DNA of 61,172 nucleotides from Candidatus Nomurabacteria bacterium (GCA_943350445.1 CALRAE010000003.1:1-61172); one strand, 5' to 3'. Counted from the stretch's first letter, positions 8,099-17,128 are shown. Notes: generated from the letters alone by a model not told the origin. Made by a program: numbers and translations.

Positions 8099-8140
8099 CT
8101 TTTGATTTTGACTAAATAAAAAAGATGCTATAATCGAGTT

Positions 8141-8950
8141 ATGGACATCAAGGATCTAAACAAACCACAATTGATCCTACTCGCGGTACTTTTGAGTTTT
8201 GTGACTTCTATCGCGACGGGTATAACAACAGTTACGTTGATGCAACAAGCACCAAAGTCCTTTACTGCACCTATAAACCGTGTCGTTCAACAAACAATTG
8301 AGAAAATACAACAAGTCGAAGGTAAGACCACAGTCCAAACAGTGATTGTGAAAGAAGAGGACTTGGTGGTAGATGCTATTGCGAAAAACAAATCAGTGAC
8401 ATTTACTATTACCAAGGAAGTTTTAGATGCAGAAGGAAAAAATGTTGAAGTTTCTGTCGGTAAAGGTTTTGCAGTAAATGCTGATGGCACTATCGTCGTG
8501 GATGGTAATCTAATTTCAGAGAAACAAGTATATTATGTAAAAAATGAGAGTGGTAAATTTAAGGCAGATTATGTTTCTACAGACAAGGCTGGCTTTTCTT
8601 TTGTAAAAATAGGGGCTGCGGTAAATGGCACAGACAAGCTTGTGGTCACAGTGCCTATCTTCGGAGATTTGGAGAAAATGAAAATAGGTCAAAAGATTTT
8701 AGTGTTGGGCAACACTATCGCTGCATCTATTTTTGAGGGGAACAAAAATCTGAATGTGAGTATCACAAAAGGTAGTGCAGGAGGGGTAGTACTCAATCTA
8801 GACGGGGAAGTCATAGGTATTGCTTTGTTTGGAGATGGCGCGAACTTCGCTTCGATCAATAGTATAAATAGTGCTTTAAAACCTTCTCTCGATCCTGCGA
8901 CCAGTATGACTGCATCTCCAGTACTTGCACCAGCTACTTCTACACCATAG
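8141..8950 (+). CDS. membrane-anchored trypsin-like (HtrA/S1C-type) domain protein, probably non-catalytic
   Basis: N-terminal TM helix. S1C-like blocks GKGFAV..DGTIVV and GSAGGVVLNLDGEVIGIA, but the triad positions are substituted (see findings). No PDZ domain. Confidence 0.6.
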   Translation: MDIKDLNKPQLILLAVLLSFVTSIATGITTVTLMQQAPKSFTAPINRVVQQTIEKIQQVEGKTTVQTVIVKEEDLVVDAIAKNKSVTFTITKEVLDAEGKNVEVSVGKGFAVNADGTIVVDGNLISEKQVYYVKNESGKFKADYVSTDKAGFSFVKIGAAVNGTDKLVVTVPIFGDLEKMKIGQKILVLGNTIAASIFEGNKNLNVSITKGSAGGVVLNLDGEVIGIALFGDGANFASINSINSALKPSLDPATSMTASPVLAPATSTP

Positions 8951-9001
8951 ATAATGTTGTGCTTGACAGGTAGTGTATAATGAAAAAATAAACAAAAATA
9001 T

Positions 9002-11707
9002 ATGCCACCATTAAATAAATTTACAACCAAAGCCAAAGATGCCATCAAGAGAGCTCATGAGCTCGCTATTGAGCGTGGAGTGAACCATGTTTCCTCAGTG
9101 CATTTGCTCGCAGCGCTACTCATCCAAGAAGAGAGTATGGTGAATTCAATTTTAGATAAATTGGAAATAGACACGATGCTCCTTACTGACTCTGTTTTGG
9201 AATTAATAGAATTACCAGAGACTCACACCACTCTTTCTCCTTCATATCAGATATATCTCAATCCAGATCTTGCCCAAGTAATAGAACAATCAGCCAAAAT
9301 AGCGGAGTCCATGAAAGATGACTTTGTTTCTACTGAGCATCTATTCATAGCTATACTAGAAGTGACTTCTGAGGCACGTGAGACTTTAGCACGATTTAGA
9401 ATCCACAAAGACTCAGTTGTGAAAGTAATCGAAGAACTTCGCAGCCAAAATATCACTGATGTAACAGAACCAAAGAAATTTAAATTAATTTTGAAATACA
9501 CTCGCAATCTGACAAAGCTAGCCAAGGAAGACAAACTCGACCCAGTTATCGGCCGTGATAGTGAAATCATGCGCATCATGCAAATTCTTTCAAGAAGGAC
9601 CAAAAATAATCCAATTCTCATCGGTGAAGCGGGTACAGGCAAGACAGCGGTGGTGGAAGGACTCGCACAAATGATCGTAAAGAATAATGTTCCAGAATCT
9701 TTAAAAGACAAAGAGCTTGTGTCGCTTGATTTAGGGCTACTTGTCGCTGGTACCAAGTATCGTGGAGAGTTTGAAGAGAGATTGAAAGGCATCATGAAGG
9801 AAATTGAACGTTCAGATGGTAAGGTTATTATCTTTATCGATGAGATACACACCATCGTCGGTGCTGGCGGTGCTGAGGGCTCAATGGATGCTTCAAACAT
9901 GTTGAAGCCTGCTCTTTCTCGTGGAGAACTCCGAGCTATTGGTGCGACGACTTTACGAGAATATCAAAAACACATAGAGAAAGACCCAGCGCTGGCTAGA
10001 CGCTTTCAGCCTGTATATATAGATGAGCCTAATATTGAAGACGCTGTGGCTATACTTCGTGGACTAAAAGAAAAGTATGAACTTTTCCATGGTGTGCGTA
10101 TTACAGATGACGCCATCGTATCTGCGGTCAATCTTTCTGCTCGATATATCACAAACAGATTCTTGCCAGACAAGGCGGTGGACTTGATAGACGAAGCTTC
10201 TTCTTCACTCAAGATAATGTTGGAAAATAAACCACCTATTCTAGAAGATGCACATAGGAAAATAATGCGTTTAGAAATTGAAAAAGAAGCTCTAAAAAAA
10301 GAGATATCTAGTTTGGCTGGGGAGGTAAGTAAAGAAGATAAAGAAAAACAAAAAGAATTAAAAAATAGAATCAAAGAGGTGGATAGTGAAATAGGCAATT
10401 TGCATGAAAAAACAAAAGAGCTCGAATTAAAGTGGCAAAATGAAAAGACAATTGTGGTAGAGATACGTGCTATCAAAAAAGATCTAGAAAGTCTGCGTCT
10501 GGAGGCTGAGAACGCTGAGATGAAGTCGGATTTGTCTCGCGCGGCAGAGATACGCTACGGTAAAATTCCAAATCTAAAAAAAGAACTTGAAACCAAACTT
10601 TCACGATTAAAGAAACTACAAAAATCACGCCGAATTTTAAAAGAAGAGATTACTGCTGAAGACATCGCTGAGGTTGTTGCGCGTTGGACTGGTATACCAC
10701 TCACCAAGATGCTCGAAGAAGAACGTGCAAAACTTGAGAAGATGGAATCAGAATTGAGCAAGAGGGTGATGGGTCAAGATGAGGCCATCAAGCGCGTGTC
10801 AGACGTCATCCGACGTTCTCGTGCTGGTATTTCTGATCCGAATAGACCTATCGGCTCTTTCATCTTCCTTGGTCCGACCGGTGTCGGTAAGACTGAGCTT
10901 ACAAAGGCCCTTTCTGCTTTTATGTTCAACGATGATCGTGCGATTATCCGTGTCGATATGTCTGAATATATGGAAAAGCATTCGATCTCAAAACTTGTCG
11001 GTTCTCCACCTGGATATGTCGGTTATGATGAAGCAGGACAACTCACAGAGGCTGTCCGACATCGCCCCTATGCAGTTATACTTTTCGATGAGATAGAAAA
11101 AGCTCATCCCGATGTCTTCAATATGCTTTTGTCTGTGATTGATGAAGGTAGACTAACTGATGGAAAGGGAAGAGTGGTGAATTTTAAAAATACCATCATC
11201 ATTCTCACTTCCAACATTGGTTCACAATTTGTAGAAAAGATGGAATCAATCGGGTTCTCTAATAATTCCAAAAAAGACGATTACAACAACATGAAAGATA
11301 AAGTGATGGAAGCGTTGAAAGACAATTTTCGTCCAGAGTTTTTGAATCGTTTGGATGAGACTATTGTCTTTGATGTGTTGAGTGAACAAGCAATAGGTGA
11401 GATAGTTAAGTTGAGGGTACAAGTGGTCAAAGACCGCTTGGCCGGTAAAGGTATTGGTTTTGAGATTTCTATGGAGGCCTTGGTGTACTTGGCAAAAGAG
11501 GGTTACAATCCGCATTATGGTGCAAGACCACTGAACCGTTTGATTCAAAATAAAATCCTAAATCCCGTGGCTTCTTATATTATTTCAAATGGTGTGAAGA
11601 AAGGGGACATGGTGAACGTGACTGTAAAGAACAACGAGCTTGTTATCGAAAAGAAAAGAGAAAAGGTAAAAAGCTCTATTCAAATGAGGACTAAGGAGGG
11701 GGTGTAG
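9002..11707 (+). CDS. clpB: ATP-dependent chaperone ClpB
   Basis: 901 aa with a Clp N domain, two AAA+ modules ([16 protein letters not shown]) and a long coiled-coil middle domain. Confidence 0.95.
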   Translation: MPPLNKFTTKAKDAIKRAHELAIERGVNHVSSVHLLAALLIQEESMVNSILDKLEIDTMLLTDSVLELIELPETHTTLSPSYQIYLNPDLAQVIEQSAKIAESMKDDFVSTEHLFIAILEVTSEARETLARFRIHKDSVVKVIEELRSQNITDVTEPKKFKLILKYTRNLTKLAKEDKLDPVIGRDSEIMRIMQILSRRTKNNPILIGEAGTGKTAVVEGLAQMIVKNNVPESLKDKELVSLDLGLLVAGTKYRGEFEERLKGIMKEIERSDGKVIIFIDEIHTIVGAGGAEGSMDASNMLKPALSRGELRAIGATTLREYQKHIEKDPALARRFQPVYIDEPNIEDAVAILRGLKEKYELFHGVRITDDAIVSAVNLSARYITNRFLPDKAVDLIDEASSSLKIMLENKPPILEDAHRKIMRLEIEKEALKKEISSLAGEVSKEDKEKQKELKNRIKEVDSEIGNLHEKTKELELKWQNEKTIVVEIRAIKKDLESLRLEAENAEMKSDLSRAAEIRYGKIPNLKKELETKLSRLKKLQKSRRILKEEITAEDIAEVVARWTGIPLTKMLEEERAKLEKMESELSKRVMGQDEAIKRVSDVIRRSRAGISDPNRPIGSFIFLGPTGVGKTELTKALSAFMFNDDRAIIRVDMSEYMEKHSISKLVGSPPGYVGYDEAGQLTEAVRHRPYAVILFDEIEKAHPDVFNMLLSVIDEGRLTDGKGRVVNFKNTIIILTSNIGSQFVEKMESIGFSNNSKKDDYNNMKDKVMEALKDNFRPEFLNRLDETIVFDVLSEQAIGEIVKLRVQVVKDRLAGKGIGFEISMEALVYLAKEGYNPHYGARPLNRLIQNKILNPVASYIISNGVKKGDMVNVTVKNNELVIEKKREKVKSSIQMRTKEGV

Positions 11708-11720
11708 AAAGAATAAAAAA

Positions 11721-11746
11721 AGAGCCCCATAATGGGGCTCTTTTTT
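11721..11746 (+). terminator. intrinsic terminator after clpB
   Basis: The stem agagcccca/tggggctct is followed by TTTTTT. Confidence 0.75.
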
Positions 11747-11755
11747 AAAAACCTG

Positions 11756-11828
11756 TGGACCCAAGCGGTCTCGAACCGCTCACCTCCTCATTGCAAATGA
11801 GGCGCTCTACCGGATGAGCTATGGGCCC
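11756..11828 (-). tRNA. tRNA-Ala (UGC)
   Basis: Reverse complement GGGCCCATAGCTCATCCGGTAGAGCGCCTCATTTGCAATGAGG...TGGGTCCA. G3:U70 is present, the anticodon loop is TTTGCAA, and the T loop is TTCGAGA. Confidence 0.9.
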
Positions 11829-11850
11829 AATTTACTTTCAAATCCGAGGG

Positions 11851-11922
11851 CTCCGAGGGTAGGGATCGAACCTACGACCAATCGCTTAACAGGCGACCGC
11901 TCTACCGCTGAGCTACCTCGGA
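11851..11922 (-). tRNA. tRNA-Asn (GUU)
   Basis: Reverse complement TCCGAGGTAGCTCAGCGGTAGAGCGGTCGCCTGTTAAGCGAT...CCTCGGAG. The anticodon loop is CTGTTAA. Confidence 0.9.
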
Positions 11923-12120
11923 ATTTACTTTTAAAGAACCTATTTATACTAGCAGAAATTATAAAAAAAACAACAAGATATTAAACCTATCAATCTAGCC
12001 AAGGATATTTTCAGCTATAGACTTTATATAAAAATATTGTGTAAAAAGATTTGCACAGATTTTGGGTGGTTATGAACTATCTATGCACAGGTTGTTCATA
12101 CTTTTCGCGCATTCATGCTA

Positions 12121-12149
12121 TTGACTTTTTTCTGTTTTGCGAGATAATT
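12121..12149 (+). promoter_or_regulatory. candidate promoter (TTGACT, 16-17 nt spacer, GATAAT/ATAATT) inside a 450-bp intergenic region
   Basis: The hexamers were read directly. No start codon follows within 10 nt. Confidence 0.3.
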
Positions 12150-12378
12150 ACATAAAGCTAATCTTTCTAGGGAGACTCTAAAAAATTTACAAAACTTGTT
12201 TCATGTATCTCGAGAGTTATGATCTCGAATCAGAGACAAAAAATTATATAAAAGTGGTTTTCCCTTACTAGAGGATCAGCTACACAAACCGAGGCCCTTC
12301 GTTAAACACGGGGGCCTTTGGTGTATACGAACTATTTGAATTATTGATATTTTGGTAAATATCTAGTATAAACTAAAT

Positions 12379-12783
12379 ATGAAAAGAAATATTTTTATAT
12401 ACATCATTGCTGGTGCTGTATCTCTCATCATCTTCACATCTGCCTCCGCTGCCACTTTTCCTATTCCTGGGGTTGAAGTTTTTGCCAAAAGTATTGTAAG
12501 TAGCCAAGTTTCTGTGGGGGGTGCAGATAGTAGTGGTAATTTTACTGTTTCAGTAAAAGAAGAAAATGGCACCTATAATGTTTTCTTTGTTGACCAGAAT
12601 TTTCCTCCAGTAAAAATGACAGCAAAGGGTGGTGTGATCAGTGGTCGTATTGTTGTTCTGACTGATGGAACCACGACAAAAGATCCCGAAGTCATTATTC
12701 TAAAGAACAAGTCTGTTCCAGTTAAGGCGATAAAAAAAGTCTCAAAACCCGTAGTTAAAAAAGTTAACCCGAAGTTACCCTAA
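12379..12783 (+). CDS. small secreted protein (signal peptide), unknown function
   Basis: 134 aa. N-terminal hydrophobic segment ending ASA-AT, and a Lys/Val/Pro-rich C-terminal tail. Confidence 0.6.
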   Translation: MKRNIFIYIIAGAVSLIIFTSASAATFPIPGVEVFAKSIVSSQVSVGGADSSGNFTVSVKEENGTYNVFFVDQNFPPVKMTAKGGVISGRIVVLTDGTTTKDPEVIILKNKSVPVKAIKKVSKPVVKKVNPKLP

Positions 12784-12838
12784 ATTTTCTATTTAGAATA
12801 AGTCTTGCATTTAAAAAATAAAAATATAAAATAGAACC

Positions 12839-13354
12839 ATGAAAAATCAAATAAAAATGCGTCCAGATGTTGCTTTGCTTATTACCAGACTTATTATCGG
12901 TGGAATTTTCGTTTTTAGTGGGTGGGCTAAGGTTTCCGATATGACGGGGACATTTGGTATGTTTAGTCAGATGGGGATACCGGTTTTCTTGACATACATA
13001 GTATCATACGGAGAATTGATAGGTGGGGTCATGTTGGTGCTCGGTTTGTGGACAGAGCTCGCAGCGCTTTTCCTGACTATTGTAATGCTTGTGGCTTTTT
13101 ATCTAACAAGGCACTTTGGTTTTCAAGCGTTTAGTATGCCGCTCGCGACACTCGCCGGACTTTTAGTAATTATTGGATGTGGGCCTGGAAAATATAAAAT
13201 GAAAGAAATGTGTGGAGGACACTACATTTGCCGTGGGGGTTGTAAGGGGGTCTCAAAAGTAAAAGGCATTTGTCAGGCATCAAACTGTGCAAGTCGTGGC
13301 CAAGATCTCTCTATGTGTAATTGCGGAGATAGCCTGCATAATTATTTTAAATAG
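12839..13354 (+). CDS. DoxX-family membrane protein with a Cys-rich C-terminal extension
   Basis: DoxX-like N-terminus LLITRLIIGGIFVFSGWAKV and four TM segments. Residues ~121-171 contain 7 Cys. Confidence 0.7.
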   Translation: MKNQIKMRPDVALLITRLIIGGIFVFSGWAKVSDMTGTFGMFSQMGIPVFLTYIVSYGELIGGVMLVLGLWTELAALFLTIVMLVAFYLTRHFGFQAFSMPLATLAGLLVIIGCGPGKYKMKEMCGGHYICRGGCKGVSKVKGICQASNCASRGQDLSMCNCGDSLHNYFK

Positions 13355-13391
13355 GCTTATTTTAGAAATAAGGTTTTGGGTGAAATTAAAG

Positions 13392-13422
13392 ACCAGCACC
13401 GTCTCCGAGAGAGGGTGCTGGT
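13392..13422. terminator. hairpin between convergent units (bidirectional terminator candidate)
   Basis: The stem accagcacc (13392-13400) pairs with ggtgctggt (13414-13422). T-rich runs lie on both sides when each strand is read. Confidence 0.55.
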
Positions 13423-13441
13423 TCTTTGATGTTGGTGGGGC

Positions 13442-13636
13442 TTAGCAGCCCATGGTCGTGGCACCCGCATAGGGGTGCTTGGAGTGAGACCAGCGTGAGC
13501 TTACTGACAGCTTATGCATTTTTGGTCCTTGTCCGAACCCGATGATTTGATCCAGGGCGGATCTTTTCCTTCTCGACTTCCTGCTATTGTTCACGCGAAG
13601 TGCATCTTGCGTGGTCTGGTCTTCCTTTGATGCCAT
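13442..13636 (-). CDS. possible small basic protein (64 aa); coding status uncertain
   Basis: The ATG at 13636 is preceded by GAGGAA 9 nt upstream. The sequence is MASKEDQTTQDALRVNNSRKSRRKRS.... The segment is GC-rich and no family was recognised. Confidence 0.25.
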   Translation of the reverse strand: MASKEDQTTQDALRVNNSRKSRRKRSALDQIIGFGQGPKMHKLSVSSRWSHSKHPYAGATTMGC

Positions 13637-13720
13637 ATGTGTTGGTTCCTCTACTTTCATTGATCTACTTTAAAGATCGCAAGCACACTCCATGTTGCTG
13701 TGCTTGTTCTTCAAGAGGGT

Positions 13721-13748
13721 ATTGTATTGACTTTGGGTTCTTTGTCAA
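13721..13748 (-). promoter_or_regulatory. sigma70-like promoter on the minus strand (TTGACA, 16-nt spacer, TACAAT)
   Basis: The reverse complement reads TTGACAaagaacccaaagtcaaTACAAT. Confidence 0.5.
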
Positions 13749-13784
13749 GTCGAACGTAATATACCAATAGCTTGGAATCACTCA

Positions 13785-13967
13785 CTATTTAAATAGTTCG
13801 AAGAACTTTACGGGATCAATCGCAATATTGTTGATGCGAATACCTAGATGCAGATGCGCGCCGAGCGTGTATCCAGTTTGCCCGCTTAACCCTATGACTT
13901 GGCCCACCTTCACCACATCGCCGACTTTTACTTTAATTTTAGACAAATGCAAATAAAAACTCATCAT
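13785..13967 (-). pseudogene. C-terminal remnant of an M23 (LytM-type) metallopeptidase
   Basis: Only 60 aa remain (...YLHLSKIKVKVGDVVKVGQVIGLSGQTGYTLGAHLHLGIR...), covering the HLH motif half. An in-frame stop lies 7 codons upstream, and the HxxxD half is absent. Confidence 0.6.
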
Positions 13968-14203
13968 TCCGAGCCCATGCTTCCGTCATTTAGCTCTGCC
14001 GCTAATTCGTAAGTTCCTACTTTTTTATTCAAAACGAGAGAAAGGTAGCGTCTCCTTAGCTTTGTTGTAATAAATTGTTTGTATTATAATAAAGAGATGT
14101 ATTGATCCGAATACTGAATTGGCAATACTAGACTAGTATTTAAATTAAATTAAATATATACTAGAATAGGAATGCGATAGATCGTGTATTTTTATTACGT
14201 AAT

Positions 14204-15742
14204 ATGAAAAATAATAATTTTCAAAAAATAAAGATGTTTCTTTTAATAAATAAGAAAACAGTAATTTTCTTATTTATTATACTCGGAGGTATCTCTTTCT
14301 TTATTTTTCGTTCGCCTGAGTCTAATGTGGTAAACATTGATTCTGTAAAATATGTCGACTTGTCTAAGTCTGTGCGAGCTACTGGGCAAGTTATTTCCAA
14401 TATTGACCTAGACCTATCTTTCAACAAGGCGAGTGTCGTCAAATCCATAAAGGTAAATGTGGGGGATGTGGTTAAGGTTGGACAAATTTTAGCGAATCTT
14501 GATCAGGGTCAGGTTTTTGCAAAATTAACAGAGGCTAGGGCGGGGTTACTCGGTGCGCAAGCTAAATACAATAAAACCCTAGAAGGTGCTTCTGGTGAAG
14601 AAGTGGCTTTGGCAAAGGTAGCATTAGATAATGCAAAGATAGATTTAGAAAATACCAAAAACAATCAAGAGACGATAGTTCAGAGTGCATACCAGGCTGT
14701 ACTCAATTCTTATATTGCAGCACTTTCTACTTCTGCGTCAGACACCCAGTCTGCTCCGACCATAAGTGGCACATATGCTCTAGGTAAAGAAGGAGAGATC
14801 AGGGTGTCTGTCGCACAGGGTGGTTCAAATGGCTATTTTAGTGCGTTTGGTTTGCTTATTTATTTGGGTACTGTTAGTAATACTAATCCGCAACCGATTG
14901 GAAACTCTGGTTTATATATTTTATTTCCCTCAAATTTTTCATCTCAAAATGAATGGGTTATTAGTATCCCAAACAAAAAGGCAACAAATTATCTAACCAA
15001 TTATAATGCCTATCAAAATGCTCTGCAGGCTAAAACAAGTGCTATTGGTGTCGCTCAATCTACTCTCAACCAAAAACAAGCTGAATATAATTTGAAAATA
15101 TCTGTCGCGCGAAGTGTGGACCTAGATATAGCAAAAGCAGAAGTTTTATCAGCCGAAGGGTCTCTGCAGTTAGCTCAGTCTTCTTATGAAGACACAATAA
15201 TCCGTGCGGGAGCTCCCGGGACTATTACAAAAGTAGACATAAAATATGGAGAATTGTCTCAAGCTGGTAAGTCCGTGATCACTCTACAAGATGTGGAGAA
15301 TCTGTATATAGAGGCTCTGATTAATGAAGCCAATATTGCATATCTAAAAGATGGACAAAGTGTGGCAATAACTTTCGATGCTTTTGGTCGCGATAAAAAG
15401 TTTAGCGGAGTAATAGCCCACATCGATCCATCAGCAGATACCGATAATGGAGTGGTGAATTATAAAATAAAAGTTTCTCTAACTGAAAACAATCTGACGA
15501 TCCGTCCAGGGATGAATGCTAATATTGATGTCCTCGCTGGGGGGGTACAAAATGTTTTAGCAATACCAAATATTTTTGTTATCAAGAGAGATAGTAAATC
15601 TTTTGTGAATGTAATTATCGATGAAAAAAAGAAAAGTTATGCTGAGCAGGAAGTGAAGACTGGATTCATAGGAGACAATAATCTGGTTGAGATAATCTCT
15701 GGCTTATCTAAGGATGAAAAGATCGCTCTCTTAAAGGACTAA
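14204..15742 (+). CDS. HlyD/MacA-type periplasmic adaptor (membrane fusion protein)
   Basis: 512 aa with an N-terminal TM helix, a lipoyl-like segment (VGDVVKVGQILANLD), long coiled coils and a beta-barrel C-terminus. It precedes an FtsX permease and an ABC ATPase. Confidence 0.75.
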   Translation: MKNNNFQKIKMFLLINKKTVIFLFIILGGISFFIFRSPESNVVNIDSVKYVDLSKSVRATGQVISNIDLDLSFNKASVVKSIKVNVGDVVKVGQILANLDQGQVFAKLTEARAGLLGAQAKYNKTLEGASGEEVALAKVALDNAKIDLENTKNNQETIVQSAYQAVLNSYIAALSTSASDTQSAPTISGTYALGKEGEIRVSVAQGGSNGYFSAFGLLIYLGTVSNTNPQPIGNSGLYILFPSNFSSQNEWVISIPNKKATNYLTNYNAYQNALQAKTSAIGVAQSTLNQKQAEYNLKISVARSVDLDIAKAEVLSAEGSLQLAQSSYEDTIIRAGAPGTITKVDIKYGELSQAGKSVITLQDVENLYIEALINEANIAYLKDGQSVAITFDAFGRDKKFSGVIAHIDPSADTDNGVVNYKIKVSLTENNLTIRPGMNANIDVLAGGVQNVLAIPNIFVIKRDSKSFVNVIIDEKKKSYAEQEVKTGFIGDNNLVEIISGLSKDEKIALLKD

Positions 15743-15749
15743 AAGACCA

Positions 15750-17030
15750 ATGGAGGATAAAATAATAAAAATAGAAAATTCTTTCTCGCAGAATTTTAGC
15801 GTCGGCTGGTTTTTGGCAAGGCGTGACATCAAGCATGCAAACAAGTGGACCACGAGTCTGATAATTTTCGTTATGACTTTAACCTTTTTGAATCTGATTG
15901 TGGTTTCTGGTATTTTGATTGGTTTAATCCAGGGCTCAGAAGATGCTGCAAAGAAATATGCTATAGGGGATATGATCGTCTCTTCATTTTTAAATCGTTC
16001 TGCTATCGAACAAACTCCAAAAGTTGAAGAAATAGTAAAAACGATACCAGGGTATAGAGACCACACGGTGCGATACACTGGGGCGGTAACCGTCTCCTCA
16101 AACTATAGAGAGACGATTCGTCCCGGGGACAAGGTAGATGAGATGGGCGCAATACTCATGGGTATAGATCCAACACAAGAAGAAAAATTCTCTGGTATTT
16201 CCAAGTTTGTCATTCGTGGGGAATATTTAAAAGATACAGATCAAGATAGTATCCTGATAGGTAAGAATCTTTTATATGAATTTACACCAATTGAGGCTCC
16301 AGGGTTTCAAACTTTAAAAAATATTTCTATCGGTCAGCGGGTCAAGATAACGGTCGGTAATAATTCCAAAGAGTATTTCATAAAAGGTATACTTGGAAGC
16401 AAGGTTGATGAATTCGATACTTCAGTGGTGGCAGTCGCTAGTGAAGTGCGTAAATTGACTGGCCGGACTGACCTAAACGCTGGCACAATAGCGATACAAC
16501 TTTTGCCTGGCACTGACCCCGTCTTTGCTCGAGATTTTCTTTTGAAAAGTGGTGTGGGTGAATATGCTCGAGTGCAGACAGCAGAAGAAGCTTTCCCGAA
16601 ATTCTTGAAAGATATCAAAGCGACTTTTGAAATACTTGGTACTGCTATCTCTGGTATTGGATTAGTGGTGGCTTCAATTACAATATTTATCGTTATTTTT
16701 GTGAATGCCATCACGAGTCGTCGATACATAGGTATTTTAAAAGGTATCGGCATAAACCAAAAAGCTATACTATATTCTTATATGTATCAAGCTTTTATTT
16801 ACGCATCTTTTGGAATTATTTTCGGAATGATGCTTATTTTCTTTTTAATAAAACCATACTTTGCAGCTCATCCGATAAACTTTCCTTTCTCTGATGGTAT
16901 TTTGGTAGCCACCATGTCTGGCTCACTTTTTCGAGCTGTTGTGCTTTTAGTCACAACCATAATTGCCGGATACATCCCAGCACGTATCGTTATTAAACAA
17001 AACACCCTAAGCGCAATTTTAGGGCGGTGA
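15750..17030 (+). CDS. ABC transporter permease, MacB/FtsX family
   Basis: 426 aa with TM1, a large extracytoplasmic domain and three C-terminal TM helices (FtsX-like). Confidence 0.75.
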   Translation: MEDKIIKIENSFSQNFSVGWFLARRDIKHANKWTTSLIIFVMTLTFLNLIVVSGILIGLIQGSEDAAKKYAIGDMIVSSFLNRSAIEQTPKVEEIVKTIPGYRDHTVRYTGAVTVSSNYRETIRPGDKVDEMGAILMGIDPTQEEKFSGISKFVIRGEYLKDTDQDSILIGKNLLYEFTPIEAPGFQTLKNISIGQRVKITVGNNSKEYFIKGILGSKVDEFDTSVVAVASEVRKLTGRTDLNAGTIAIQLLPGTDPVFARDFLLKSGVGEYARVQTAEEAFPKFLKDIKATFEILGTAISGIGLVVASITIFIVIFVNAITSRRYIGILKGIGINQKAILYSYMYQAFIYASFGIIFGMMLIFFLIKPYFAAHPINFPFSDGILVATMSGSLFRAVVLLVTTIIAGYIPARIVIKQNTLSAILGR

Positions 17031-17112
17031 AAAACAAATGAGTATTTTTTAGGTTCTCGGTTCCCCGGGTCCCTATCCCGGCCAGACCATAAAAAATACC
17101 CATTTGTTTTTC
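17029..17112. repeat. 22-bp inverted repeat (1 mismatch) around a 40-nt GC-rich loop, between the permease and ATPase genes
   Basis: gaaaaacaaatgagtatttttt (17029-17050) pairs with aaaaaatacccatttgtttttc (17091-17112). The loop contains a ccggg/cccgg stem. Confidence 0.8.
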
Positions 17113-17128
17113 ACCAGATAGAAAATTT

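Noticed and set aside
7700-8100. The GC-rich units at 7.7-8.1 kb and 13.4-13.75 kb as RNase P RNA, tmRNA, SRP RNA or 6S RNA.
   Set aside because: I looked for GGAAAGUCCGGGC / ACAGAACCCGGCUUA (RNase P), a tRNA-like GGUUCGAnUCC...CCA end with a tag ORF (tmRNA), and the GGAAGCAGCC-type SRP motif. None was found. 6S RNA cannot be judged by eye.
8963-8981. TTGACA (8963-8968) plus TATAAT (8976-8981) as the clpB promoter pair.
   Set aside because: The spacer is only 7 nt, so the two hexamers cannot work together. TGTATAAT alone may act as an extended -10, giving a leader of about 14 nt. No heat-shock operator such as CIRCE was seen.
12039-12090. A replication origin, suggested by three DnaA-box-like 9-mers in the long AT-rich spacer.
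   Set aside because: Each box has 1-2 mismatches to TTATCCACA, no dnaA or dnaN gene is nearby, and such near-matches are expected by chance in AT-rich DNA. It is kept only as a side note in a low-interest finding.
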